From NCBI RefSeq assembly GCF_009914755.1, contig NC_060947.1: a stretch of 64,000 nt of DNA; one strand, written 5' to 3'. Numbering within the stretch: the first letter of the stretch is position 1; each line of letters opens with the position of its first letter. Below the pieces are notes generated by a model. That model was not told the DNA's origin and ran no database searches. It saw nothing but the letters and a program-made list of their open reading frames with translations. Below, in pieces: positions 38,879 to 55,666 of this stretch. The position numbers and the translations under genes were made by a program. Source of the stretch: the human T2T-CHM13v2.0 reference genome, Homo sapiens.

Positions 38879-39984
38879 TGCTGATTTTACAGCTAGGGGT
38901 TTGGGGAAAACAGAGGGGAATGTTTATTCAAAGGCTTTGTATTTTGTGGCTGTCGCATCTGGGTGTATGATAAAATTTAATGTAAAATGTTATCTGCTTT
39001 ATTTCATCAACATTAGACAAATCATCCTAATAGGGAAAGCTGCAAAGAAAAAAAAACAGTGTTTGTGGAATCAGAGCTCCCTTGCTTTTTGCTGCCTGTG
39101 GGTGGATTGCAATTTAAACTCTTTGAGGATTGGAAACAGAACAAGTCTCCATAACCACTGATTTTTGCCCATTGGAGCCTCTGGAAAAAGGGAGAGAACA
39201 TAAAAAGAGAGGCAATCTCCGGGTAGAAACATGCTTTGGGAGTTTTCAAAAACAGCTTTTAGTTTGCTAATGTGCTCTTGCTGCCATGAACTGCCTGACC
39301 CATAGAGGCTAATGGTTTTCAGCCTGCTGTGCATATGTTTGAGTAGGTCTATTTGGCCTCTAAAATGAACAAGATAAAAAGGACTTTTAGAAAAGTCTTG
39401 TTTGTCACTTGGGCTTGGTATACAGCTGTCTGGCTCTTCCTTGTATCAGCTTTGCTGCTACTGAAGGAAAGCCAGGGGCTTTTTAAAAATCCCAGATTCA
39501 CAGATCCTAATTGCCTGTGCCTGCCTCTGAGCTGAAACTTGATGCTGTCTTCTGCAGCTGTTTCAGCCTTGCGGTGAGCTGTGCGGAACTGAAGGCTCAT
39601 CTCAAAGAACAGGACTCAGATTCTGAATTGTTGCCCATTTAAGACAGCCTCTGTGGGGCTATAAATGACGAAAATACAGATGCTGACCGGATTGTCTGGG
39701 TCACATAAAAATGCCAACAGGAAAGGGTGTGGTCTCATGAAACCATCTAAAATTGGGTGGCTGAATGGCTCTAGATTTCTGATACAGAGACTAATTGCAT
39801 TCTTAACTTGTGATTTCTCTTGAAAGCTTCAGGTTGGGGACGGACACATAACAGAGAATGTGACCCCTTCACCTACTTCACACAGATTGGACTGGTGCCC
39901 CTCTTTGAGATGTCTCATTGCTGTTGACTTGTTGCATCATTCAGCTTTCAGGATTAGATGCAGTTTGTGCCAATGGACTGATAG

Positions 39985-40239
<255 letters not shown>

Positions 40240-41460
40240 TAAGAGATGGGGTTTCGCCATGTTTCCCAGGCTGGTCTCGAACTCCTGAGCTCAAGCAGTC
40301 CGCCCACCTTGGCCTCCCAAAGTGCTGGAATTACAGGCGTGAGCCACTGAGCCCAGCCTACTACCCTCACCTTTCTCCTAGTGCACACATCTTAGTGAAA
40401 CAGTTTGATTATTCAGTGCAGCTGTCCCCAGCAAGAGATTGATTTTTTTTCCCTAGGCTGCTCACTGGGTAAATGATGAGGAGGAAAGGAATGGGAAGTT
40501 AATGGAAACCCATTTTGAAAAAATTGGAAAGTTCCGGATTCTTCCTGACCTATTTCTGGACATGATATGTCTTTCTGGTTAAATTGCATAAAAATATTTT
40601 CCTGGAAAAATGTTTCTTTCCTTCTAGCATATAACCCTTCCAGACAAATGGTCTGGATGAGAGTAAAATGATTGGGAAATATGAAGTCATATTTCTTCAG
40701 TAAGTCATGAAGTCTTACTGAATGAGACTCACTGATTTTGTAACAATGGAGAAAAAAGAAAAGCCTATGGAGGTGCCGGGGTGTAGAGAGTGTATTAATG
40801 ATCTTTGTTTTTTCAGAACTGCTCCTGGCAGCTTTCCCCTCTTTCTGTAGAAGAATGCCCCATGTTTCATTTCCAAGCTGCTGTGAGTGCTTTGAATGTA
40901 AATTGGCTGCTGAGCCTCTGATCACCCCTGACAGCACTGACTATGACACAGCAGGGGTGGCACCTGCTCCTGTGATTTGCCGGCAGAACACCTGCAGATG
41001 CCATCCACACACATGAGAGGGATGAACTGATGTCACGGATAAGCAAAACTGAGGGAACCTGACTACCTCTGGGCAGTCCCGCTGAAACCAAGGACCAAAC
41101 TGAATTATTTGGATTAGACTCGGTGGGAGTTTTCCCCGTGGGAGGCCACACTGGGAACCCTGTTAACCTGCCCTGTCTGACTAATGTATGCCCTGCTCGG
41201 GGTACCTGAACAATTGTAAACTCTTGGTTTCCAGGGCTATCACGTGTTCCCTCTGGGATTGTACTTGCATGTGCACCCTAACTGTCCTGACACTGCCTCA
41301 GCCTGGAAGACATTGACATCAGCTTCAGTTTACTGGCCAGAGTGGTGCTGAGCCTGAATTGATGTGGCAGGCTGGGCAAAAAGGGGATAATACAGAAATT
41401 TAAGGAAGAAGCCCCCTGACTTTCAAAGATGAACTTTTCTGGTTAATGGATTTTTTTTTC

Positions 41461-41462
<2 letters not shown>

Positions 41463-41509
<47 letters not shown>
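41463..41509. repeat. (TG)n microsatellite at an Alu tail
   Basis: Seen directly. Confidence 0.95.
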
Positions 41510-41511
<2 letters not shown>

Positions 41512-41696
41512 TTTGAGACAGTGTCTCACTCTGTTGCCCAGGCTTTAGTGTAGTGGTGTGATCAGCTCACTGCAGCCTCAAACTCCTGGGCTCAAGTGAT
41601 CCTCCCACCTCAGCCTCCCAAGTAGCTGGGACTACAGGCGCATGCCACCATGCCCAGCTGAATTAAAAAAAAATTTTTTTTTGTAGAGATGGGGGG

Positions 41697-42088
41697 TGTA
41701 TTAGGGTTCCCTTAGAGGGACATAACTAATAGGATATATGTGTATATATATAGGCTGTCTGCAAGCTGAGGAACAAGGAAAGCCAGTCTCAATCCCAAAA
41801 CTGAAGAACTTAGAGTCCGATGTTCAAGGGAAGGAAGCATCCAGCACAGGAGAAAGATGGAGGCTAGGAGGCTAGGCCCATGTTGTTCTTTTCTCATTTT
41901 TCTGCCCGCTTCATATTCGATGGAAGCTGATTAGATTGTGCCCACCAGATTAAGGGTGGATCTGCCTTTTCCAGCCCACTGACTCAAATGTTAATCTGTT
42001 TTGGGCAACACCCACACAGACACACCCAGGATTAATATTTTGTATCCCTCAATCCAATCAAGTTGACAACTCAGTATTAACCATCACA
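41697..42088 (-). mobile_element. MLT2 (HERV-L) solo LTR inserted into an Alu
   Basis: TGTATTAGGGTTC...ATTAACCATCACA with GGGGG on both sides. The flanking Alu (41510-41696) resumes at 42089. Confidence 0.8.
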
Positions 42089-42913
42089 GGGGGTCTCACT
42101 ATGTTGGCCAGGCTGCCCTCCAACCCCTGGGTTCAAGCAATCCTGCTGCCTTGGCCTCCCAGAGTGCTGGGATTACAGGTGTGAGCCACTGTGCCCCACC
42201 TGGAATTTGTTTTAACTGGCTAAATCCAGGACCCCTGGAGGGTATAAGTGAGGTTAAATCTGCAGGGTGGTCTCACCTGGCTGCATGGGGTCCTACTGAT
42301 AATTTTGCTGTGAAGATGCCAGGACCAAGGGGTGGACTAAGCAGAAGGGGGTTAACATAGCAGTCCTGTAACTATTGTCCTTTGAAAGTCCTGCTTACAA
42401 GCTTGGCCCTTGGCTGGCAATTAGGAACTTGGATTTCGGGAGTATTCCCAGAATTCCTTAACTGATAAGGATGGCTTACTCTTCCCAACCTGTTTGTGCA
42501 AACAGTGGTTTCTGCTGATCACCGGCTTTCATTCTGGGAGCCTGGAATTTTGGTAAGCACTAGGTAGAGGGTGCCTAGTGACCAGCCCCCAGTGAAACCT
42601 TTGGGCACCAAACCTCTAATGGGCTTCCCTGGGGAGAAGCATTATACATGTGTTCCTGGATTTTTGTTGCTAGAAGGACAGCTCTGTGCAAGCCTCCTGC
42701 GAGGGGGAGATAGCATGAGGAGGCCTGTGTACAGCATCCTTCACATTCTGCCTGTGTCTTTTTACCTTGACGATTCTGTCACATATCCTTTTGCTGTCAT
42801 AAACCTTAGCTGTGAGGACAATTATATGCTATGCTCAGTGCTATGAGTTCTTCCAGCAAGTCACTGAACATGGGGGGTGGCCCTGGGACCCCCCAACAGA
42901 ATGGGATAAATTA

Positions 42914-43126
<213 letters not shown>

Positions 43127-43133
43127 TTAGTCA

Positions 43134-43331
<198 letters not shown>

Positions 43332-43416
43332 TTAAGGAAAAAAAAAACCTATATTCCTGAATTTGAGTTGGACATATCAATATGATCTCACAACAGTTTA
43401 TTTTTAAAAAGAATGT

Positions 43417-43417
<1 letters not shown>

Positions 43418-43448
<31 letters not shown>
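43418..43448. repeat. (CA)n microsatellite
   Basis: Seen directly. Confidence 0.95.
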
Positions 43449-43450
<2 letters not shown>

Positions 43451-44633
43451 CATAGCTCTGTCTGCTGAAGAGGCCTACAAACAACGACCAACACAGCAGT
43501 AATGAGCAACCCTGGCACCCAAATTGTGGCCTTGACATTCCATTTCCCATGAAAAGGAATCAGTACCAGATCTGGTACTGGAAATGTACAAGATAATCCT
43601 GGAATCTTGTCATAAGAGCCGATAGTGAGAAAGCTGTTAATATCTATTAGGGTCAAGTCAAAAGGGTGTGGGAGCCAACTCCAGGAGTCTCTCACGGGCC
43701 GCAGATGAGATAATTTGAGCTTCAAGAAGTTAATAAATGCAATTTGACTGAAACCTGCCTAATATGCTTAAATTCATGAGTTCACAATGATCTTTTTAAA
43801 AATAGTTACCTTTGGGGAATGATAGGGAACCAAATCATTTTCTTGAAAACTGATAAAGGGACAAAGAATAAAGCATTTATGTTGCCTTTCCTAAATAAAC
43901 TGTAGTATCAGTAACCAAATGATAAATGAACAAAAGCATCTCTATAAAAGTGTTGCAATTAATAAATGAAAAAGAATTGTTGGTTGGAATTTGTATATCA
44001 CCATTTTGCAACCACCAATCAATTTCATGGATCTTCTAGGCATTGAAGCATCTCAGCTGCTAACATCACAAGAGTGACAACCAGACATTCTGTGCCCCCT
44101 GATGAGAGCACATGTAGTCTTGCTAAAGGAATTAAGCTTGAACCAGATCTGGCCCCTGCATTGACCTGCCAATTTGCAGGAAACATGGAGTACAGAGAAA
44201 TATATTGCCATGCACATGCAATCACCCAAATCCAGGCTGTGAAAAATCCAGATTTGAGTGAGGACCTTGAAAGTAAAAGAGACTTAAAAAACAAATCATT
44301 TTTTTTTCATGAGCAAGACTAACATGTAATGTTTGAGGATGTACACTTGGGTGATATAAAGAAATGCAAGGAAGTAATTACTATAAAGTCAAGGTCAAGG
44401 TTGGTGAGTTGAAATTGGATGGGGCTTCTGGGTTGGCTGGCAGAGTTCTTTCTTGAATTTGGTGGTTGTTACTAAGGTGTTTGCCTTGTAAGAACCAGTT
44501 AAGCTACACTTTGGTGTTACACGGCTTTATGTAGCTATATTTTATTTTACTTTAAAAAAAATAAAGTCCTGAGCTATTACTGTTTTTTTCCTTATGGTAG
44601 AAAATATTTATTTCAAATGCCCAGTCATGGCTA

Positions 44634-44985
<352 letters not shown>

Positions 44986-45374
44986 TCACTGCTTGATATT
45001 ATTTTATTACTCGTTTGAGATTTCTCTTCTAAAGTGAGAGAACTTTGTTGATTATTTGCCTTAAGTCTAGAACATTACTGGTAACTTCTCTATACAGTAT
45101 TCTTTGTCAAAAAATATCTTTGCATTGACTGATAAGAATTTTCATACTTATTTTTAAGATGAAGTGAAAATGAAGCAACTTTTTAATATTCTCATGCCTA
45201 AAAAGAGGAAGAGCTGGAATTGAAACTGTCATTAATTCTACCCAGATTGTCATTGGTATTTCCAGTATTCCATCATGACTAAAATCTAGAGTTAATTCTC
45301 ACTGAACTTTGTATACTGTATTGTATGTAGCATAGTGGCCTATATCAAATTTACCAGGCAAATATATCTTTTAA

Positions 45375-45700
45375 ACATTTTAATTGTGGTAAAATATACA
45401 CAACATTAAATTTACCATCTTAACCATTTTTAAGTATACAGTTAAGTAGTATGAAGTATGTTCACATTGTTGTGCAACCAATCTCCAGAACTTTTTCATC
45501 TTGCAAAACTGAAACTCTGTACCCCTTAAACAACAACTATTCATTTCCCCTCCCCAGCCCCTGGTAACCACCATTCTACTTTCTGTCTCCATAAATTTGA
45601 CTACTTTAGGTACTTCGTATAAGCAGAATCATACAGTAGTTGTCTTTCTGTGACTGGCTTATTTCTTTTAGCATAATGTCCTAAAGGTTCATCCCAGTAC
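45375..45700 (-). mobile_element. L1MB-type 3' end
   Basis: AATTTACCATCTTAACCATTTTTAAGTATACAGTT...CCCCTGGTAACCACCATTCTACTTTCTGTCTC. Confidence 0.75.
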
Positions 45701-48700
45701 AACTTTTATTTTATTTATTTATTTATTTTATTTTTTTGAGATGCAGTCTCACTCTGTCACCCAGGCTGGAGTGCAATGGCAGGATCTTGGCTCACTGAAA
45801 CCTCTGCCTCCCCAGTTCAAGCCATTCTGCCTCAGCCTCCCAAGTAGTTAGGATCACAGGCATCCGCCACCACACCCGGCTAATTTTTGTATTTTTAGTA
45901 GAGATGGGGTTTCACCATGTTGGCCAGGCTAGTCTCGAACTCTTGACCTCAAGTGATCCGCCCGCCTTGGCCTCCCAAAGTGCTGGGATTACAGGCGTGA
46001 GCCACCTCGCCTGGCCACAATTTTCTTTTTTTTAGAGATAGTCTCACTATGTTTCCCAGGCTAGTCTCCAACTCCTGGCCTCAAGTGATCCTCCTGCCTC
46101 AGTCTCTCAAGTCATTGGAATTACAGGCATGAGCCACCATGCCTGGCCACAAACAATTTTATGGGGCCACTTTACCAAGTTCTTCCCTTCTGGGAGGGAA
46201 AGAGGCCCCACCTTCCTGGAACCACAGCTCCACAGATGGCAGAGGAGGGTTCCCCTCCCTCAGAGTTGTGGCTCCTATGAGGTGCCATTTGGCCACTGCC
46301 AAGGCTACCATGAGATTGCTTAGGGGCCTGGACACAGGAGACAAGAGAAAATAAAATAGTGGAGGATTTTCATACTGTCTCTGAGCTCTAGGAGTTCTCT
46401 TTCCTATTTCTCAAGCCAGAGCTAGAGGGCTTCCCTAGATCTCTGTCTGCACCATAGTGCTCACTTCTGGGCTTCAATCTGCCTTAAGTTCAGGCTGGAG
46501 AATACTGGAGGGGGAAAAAAGGATGAATACTACATTTTAGTGCTACTGCAAATGTTGATCTTCTTCCTCAGTCCTCCTGCTATTTACTTTTCTGAGCCCT
46601 GAAATAGCTGGTTCTGGTATTTTGTCCAGATTCTACAGCTGAATGAAATCTGTGAAGTCTGTCTCCCCTGCAAGGTACAGCTGCTGATGTCTCTGCTCAG
46701 TGATTTTTTCTTGTTTTGTATCCTTAAGGCTGGCTTTCTAGGGGTCATCCCCTGTCTGTACAGCTTGGTGTTCAACCGAAGGTTGATCAGAGGTTGTGTT
46801 CAATCATGTCAAGCCATCTTTGACTTGCTTTGCCCCGGGGAGCACATTCAAACCTCAGGCCTTTTACAAGCCAGACCTGGCTTTTACTTTCTGACAGGCT
46901 TGCTCATGTCTCCTCTGTGCATCCACAGGCTCAGAAGGTCACGGATATGGGGGTGGTTTGGGTCTGCTGTGATCCCTGCTACCCATGTGCATGGTCTCCA
47001 GTCTGCCCAAGATAGAGGGAGACTTTGTCAAGTCCTCCATGGATTGCTTACATTCCAGATCTCCATGTTCAATTCCCAGCAGATCAGTCCATTGCTTGCC
47101 CCAAAAAGGCTGTAAGGTGAATCTAAGGGTGCTGCTGGCCCTCTCCATTTGCTTGCTGTGGAGACAGTTACTTAAAATGACCATGCTCCAAATGCGGTTA
47201 GCCATCTCCAGCAGCGGCAGTGAAGCCTGTTGTTTTCATGGCCTCCCTTGTCCTGGTTGAACCATGGCACTGACAAAGCTGGAGGAAGGATAGGAGCCAC
47301 ACTGGGAAAAAGCCCACCATAGACTCACTGTTCTGAGCCAAAGTTGAGTCGTTTCGATGAATAAAACACCTCTCAGCTTGTACTTATGTGTTCAGCTGAA
47401 TTCCAGAATACTGAAAGGGTTGCTTTTGACACTTTTCCCCAGCTTTTAGAGTTGCTTTCCAGGGAGAGGACTTGCCAACCTCCTTACTCCCTCATGCCAG
47501 GAGCACAATCTGCCTTATGTTTTTTCTTTTCTTTTTATTAAAAAAAATTTGGTTCGGGGCGGGGTCTCACTATGTTGCCCAGGCTGGACTGGGCTGAAGC
47601 GATCCACCTGCCTCAGCCTCCTAAAGTGCTGGGATTACAGGCATGAGCCACCGCGCCTGGCCATGCCTTCTATTTTTTTTTTTTCAATGAAAAGAGTATA
47701 TTCTTTTATTGGTTTTTGTTCATACATGTTAAGTTTCAACTTTCAATAATAAAATTCAATAAATTTGATTCCTTAATCATAAAAACTGGCTTTACACATT
47801 ATTTACATGTTGTCAAAGTCCATACAAAACATCACAAGGATTTGATTGACTCTATGCATGGTACCATCACACAGGAGGAGGGAGCTAATCCAGTAACATA
47901 CATTCAAAGATTAAATTGCAGATATGCACAGTGTATTTGGCACTGTTCATTAATATTATAACACCTTCCTCTCAAAGACAGGCATTCTTAAGCGTTAGTC
48001 ACGATATACCAGAATTTGCTATTCACATTAAAACCACCTTTTAAACTTTATAACAGTAACCGATTATTATAGTTTTAAGAAACAAAACACAATGAGAACT
48101 GGGAATGGAATTCAAATCCTCCAACTTCTTGCTATGCTCCAAGCTGCCATCCATAAAACAGGTTTAATTCGGTAATTTTTCCATTGTGGGGAGTGTCAAC
48201 AAGAAACAATTTAAAGACAGTATTTTCCAATACAAATAAAGACACATACTTTTGTTTAAAATTACCAGTTCTTCTTGGGAGTGCAAAGGGAGCCTTGATG
48301 ATGTACAACTTGTGATGCTTGTGGCAGGAATTATAGAACAACCAATGCCATTCAAGTTGTGGAGATTGTACTAGCAGGTGAACTCATAAAGAGAAGGTTC
48401 TGGAATGACTACATCTGAAATCAGAATCCTAGTAGTTTGTAGTTTGCCTCTTCCTAGAACTTCAATAGACTCAAATCATAGGCTACAGATGTACTTTCAA
48501 GTATATACTTATGAATGGAAGGAGAAAATAAAAGCATGAAAATGCAAATAATAAACCTTTACTGGCTTGGGCTATATTCCAGTAGGTAATTTATTTGACT
48601 AACTTAACTTTAACAACGATTAAATCCCTTCATTTTAATCAGGTCCATTAAATTTCATTCATTAAAGCTATACATACTCCAGAATGTTTATAAGACATTT

Positions 48701-50490
48701 ATACCTATCATGTTTACAAAAGGCATAAATTCAGTCTTCAGCGGCACTACAAATGCCTCAATATAATATAATCACAGTATAAGGAATCAGAAATTCTCTG
48801 ATTAGATATGCTGTAGCTTCACACAAAACTCTCAGTAATAAATTAAAACAAAAAAAAAAAGTCGTACAATGTATAATGGATTATGCAGTGCAAAGTAATG
48901 TCACTGGACCAAAATTTAGTTTAATCATTTTTATTTCAAGTGTATTTAAAAAATCATAAATGGGGTTTCATAATCCAAAGTTGAAACATTTATTCTTCAT
49001 AGCTTCAGAATTTAACAACCAATTGTAGACCATGCTTTCCAAATCCAGTCTTCTTTGCTATTTTTCAAAACTTCTGAGATCTAGTATTAAACTGCTCCAT
49101 TCTAAATGTATAGTTTTAGATAAGTATTGTACACTTGTTGATAAGGGTTTTCTGAAAACAGTCTATCAAATATAAAGAATGGTTTCTATCTAAGAATCAG
49201 CAGTGAGGGAAGAAATATTAAACACCTATCAAGAAATCAATTATTCATTTTAAAAATAACAGAACCAGTGCTGCTCTCTGTCATAAAAGAGAACATGTAA
49301 AATTTATTTTTATAGACTTTGGTAATATTTTATTCCCCCACAGAGGCCTTCAATCCTACTTAAAGATATTTTACACACAGTAACCATCAGGATTTACTGA
49401 GTAAAAATCTCAGGTATTAACCATGCCCCTAAAATGTGCTATTCCAAAGAGGAACAGGTTACTTTTGAGGAAAAAAGCTGCCTTGGTAACTTCCCTCAAA
49501 TGTTTATTTTAAATAAAAATGGTTGATGGAAATATTTTTTAAAAGAACTTTGGGTATAATATGGCATACTGCCCATCAAACAAAAAAGGAAATCAAAACT
49601 TTCTTTCCATTTATAATAAGTTTTCCACCTTTACTATCAAGATTACAACTTATTGACCTTTTATGCTTGCTTGGTTTTTTTGACTGCCTAATCCAATGTT
49701 TAAATTTTTAAAAGTCTGCATTTCAATGTAGTAGGAGTTATTTTTCAAATAATCTTCAGAACCCAGAATACAGAGCAACTCTCAGAATACCAGAGCAACA
49801 CTCTCAAGTCATACTTTTGAACCCAGAATACCAGAATACCAGACTTCAGAACCCAGAATACCAGAGCAACACTCTCAAGTCATACTTTTGACTACAATTA
49901 AGAGATGAAAATGGACGGATATCTGAAGATAGGTATTCCCTCTGCTCTGAAGGTGAGCAAGATTTTAACATGTGAGCAACACAGAACTCCACTCCTCTGG
50001 AGCTCCTTTCAACTCAGAATGCTTCAGTTCAGTAAGTCAATATATTATTCTTAAAAATTAAAGTTTGGTCACTAAGAAGGACTGAACAAAAATTATTCCC
50101 CTCCCGCCAAACACAACCAGAACAGTTCTAATCAGGCCCTCTTCTCCCCACAAAAATAGGGAAGTAGCTGGGCTGAAGACTTTAAGTGTGACATTTCAGT
50201 TCCTAAAACATCACTGCTATTTGCTCAAAGTTGTAGGTCTATGTATTTCCTTCTCCAATACGTCCCCATTTATAAGTTTATTTCCATGCATACAAACGTG
50301 CACATGTGTGCACGTGCACACGCACACACACACACTCACTCTCAAGTAAGACACTTTTTTGTGTTTGTTGATAAATTATGAGGATTATGAACCAGGTGTG
50401 TACAGGGTTTCATAGGTGCTTTGTAAACATCAGAGTCACTTGGGTCCTTTCCTCCACAAGCCTCAAATCAAATTACGCAACCAATGACCA

Positions 50491-51549
<1,059 letters not shown>

Positions 51550-52384
51550 CTATTTTATACAAGCAAAAAGAATAGAAGAAAGCAGCTTACCTGCCACCAG
51601 CCCCAAACCTCACTTTAAAATCAAGTCAGTCCACATGGCCAAGGATGCTTGTCTTTTCACAGACATCCTCGAAATGAAACATCTGCTGCCTGCTAACAGC
51701 ATGATGAAGACTCCAAACTTTCCCATCAACCACACGCTCTCCTGGAATACATCACTCCACCGTTATCTTCCTCTATATTCCAGAACTGAATTCTCATGAC
51801 CTTTAACCTCCAGTCACTTCCCCAAATTGGAATGTGTAGGGCAGCAGTGAACTGCATAACCGGACCTAACATGCTTACGAAAACGTCTCCCACTTTTTCA
51901 TTTTCAACCTCTCCATTACAAGTATTCCCATCCTTAAGCTTGGATATAGCTCTATTTCATTCATATATCCAATCTGAGATCCTCTTTCATTATTAGGTGA
52001 GTTAAATCATTTATATTCAGTGTGAGCTTTTGGCCTTCTCTCTAAAGCAGTGAATCTTTTTTTTTTTTTTTTTTTTTTTTTTAATGGGACAAAGTCTCGC
52101 TCTGTTGCTCAGGCTGGAGTACAGTGGGGCGCGGTCTTGGCTCACTGCAACCTCCACCTCCTGGGTTCAAGTGATTCTCCTGCATCAGCCTCCCGAGTAG
52201 CTGGGATTACAGGCATGCACCACCACACCTGGCTAATTTTTGTATTTTTAGTAGAGACGGGGTTTCACCATGTTGGCCAGGCTGGTCTCCAACTCCTGAC
52301 CTCAGGTGATCTGCCCGCCTCAGTCTCCCAAAGTGCTGAGATTACAGGTGTGAGCCACCATGCCAGGCTGAGCCGAGAGTCTAG

Positions 52385-52560
52385 CAGTGAGTCTTAACAG
52401 GGGGTGGTCTTGCCCCCCACGGGACATTCAGGAATATCTGTAGACGTTTGTTTTGATTTTCACAATGAGGTGCTATCAGCATCTAGTTTGTAGAAGCCAG
52501 AGATGCTGCTAAACATCCTACAATGCACAGTCTGCTCCACCCACCACGAAGGAGTTGTTA
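52385..52560. mobile_element. MER20-like DNA transposon
   Basis: TTGCCCCCCACGGGACATT...GAAGCCAGAGATGCTGCTAAACATCCTACAATGCACAG. Confidence 0.65.
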
Positions 52561-53273
52561 TAGATGTTCAAGAGTCATATATTCTATTTCTTAATAATTA
52601 TCTCCTAGAGATGCAATCGTTGACATTTCTGGGCTGTGAATCACTGGCCCAGTACACACGCTATAAATCACCTCCATAGAACACCCTGTTTTCTGACTTC
52701 CAAAGGCTCCTAATCACTGCTTCACACGCTCAGCAACACTGACCCCAGGATCTGGTGTTGATTAACAAACACTGATCCATAATCACTTCCATCTACTGTC
52801 CCCCCAAAACTCACTTGCTTCATCCCCAAACCCCTTAATTACAAACACTTAATCACTAAGAAGCATAGATTTCATAAGACTAAGGCCCCACCCAGACCAC
52901 ATGGAACAAAAGCTACCCCACAGGCACCAGTCATATGGCCTCTAACCACTGACCCCTAGAGCACCCATATCCCAGAAGCCCACCAGTCACTATCTTGTAG
53001 CTTGGAAGTTGTCACTCCCATCCTCACAAGAAAAAGAGCTGAACAAACGGAAACAAAACAACTCTTCCCAGATTTGTCAGAGAATTGAGGGCACAGGGCA
53101 AACTGATGCCCTGAAAAAGTGGAAAGACAGCAATACAGAGAATCACAGCTTATCAGGAGCAGGCATGAGTAGGAAAAGGTAAACCAACAGATCAACTATT
53201 GGAGTCTGAGCTGCTCTCAACTACTGGACATGAAGTTCCTCTGTCCCCTCATCCCTGCCAAAACATGGCATGA

Positions 53274-53646
<373 letters not shown>

Positions 53647-55257
53647 TAATGTCCTCAAGGTTGATCCATGTTGTAGCATGCATCAGAATAGCTCCTTTTT
53701 AAGGCTGAAGAATATTCCATTGTATGGATAAACCATTTTTTATTTATCTATTCATCCATTGATGGACATTGCTTCCATCTCATGGCTATTGTGGATAATG
53801 CTGCTATAAGGCTGGGTGCACTGGCTCATGCCTGTAATCCTAGTAGTTTGGGAGACCAAGGCGGGAGGATTGCTTGAGGCCAGGAGTTTGAGACCCGCCC
53901 GGGCAACATAGCGAGACTCAGTCTCTATGAAAAATGAAAGAATTAGTCAAGCGCACTGGTGCATGCCTGTGGTCCCAGCTACTAGGGAAGCTGAGGTTGG
54001 AGGATTGCTTGAGCCTGGGAGTTTGAGGCTGCAACGAGCCATGATCATGCTATTGTACTTCAGCCTGGGAAAAAAAACTGCGGCTATGAACATGAGTGTG
54101 CAAATATCTCTTCAAGACTCGGCTTTCAATGTTTTTGATATATGCTCAGAGGTGAAATTGATGAATTATATTGTAGATCTATTTTTATTTTTTTGAGGAA
54201 GCTCCAAACTGTTTCCTATCAGTTGCACAATTTTACAGTCCCACCAAAAGTGCACCAGAGTTCAAATTTCTCCACATTCTCACCAACACTTGTTATTTTC
54301 TGTGGCTTGTCTCCTGCCCCTCCGCAAGCAACAGGAAATACTAGAGACAGAGGCCCAGCCATTGACTAGCACCTTAGTCAGTGCCAGGCCCTGACTCATC
54401 CCTCCATTTATTCCAGTCACAGTGACAAGATGAAGGAGAAAGGACACATCAGGTGTGGAGAACACAGGAAGAGAGGTCCTGACTGGGGAGGACAGTGAGG
54501 GGAATTGAATTGGGGGAGCTTCCATTTCTCACCTCTACTCTCTCAGTTTCACTGTGAGACAGAGTAAAACCCTGTCTTAAAAACAAAACAAAACAAAAAC
54601 AAACAAACAAACAAAAAACAGGCGGGGGCGGGCATGATGGCTCATGCCTGTAATCCCAGAACTTTGGGAGGCCTAGCTGGAAGGATCACTTGAGCCTAGG
54701 AGTTCAAAGCCAGCCTGGGTAACATAGTGACACCCTGTCTCTACAAAGAATTAAAAAAATTATCCGAGTGTGGTAGCGTGCACCTGTGGTCCCAGCTACT
54801 CAGGAGGCTGAGGCGGGAGGATCGCTTGAGCCCAGGAGGTCAATGCTGCAGTGAGCTGTGATTGTGCCACTGCACTCCATCCTGAGCAACAGAGCAAGGC
54901 CTTGTCTCAAATAAATAAATAAATAAAAATTAAAAGAGCTCAAATAAACTGAGACAGAGGTTGAAAAATGGTTACAATGGGTAGGGGTTGGAGGGGAGAT
55001 GAAGGTCTGAGGATACAAAATAGCAGATACCTACGATGAACAAGTCTGGAGGCCAATGTACAACATGAGGACTAAAGTTGATACAATTGTATTAGGGATT
55101 TTTGCTAAATAAGTGGATTTCAGCTGCTCTCCTCACAGAAAGTAACTGTGAGATGATAGATACTATGCTAATCTGCTTCGCTATAGTAATCATTGTACTA
55201 TCTACATGTATCTAGTCATGTACGTATCCCATGACATTATGTTGCAAACCTCAACTA

Positions 55258-55666
<409 letters not shown>

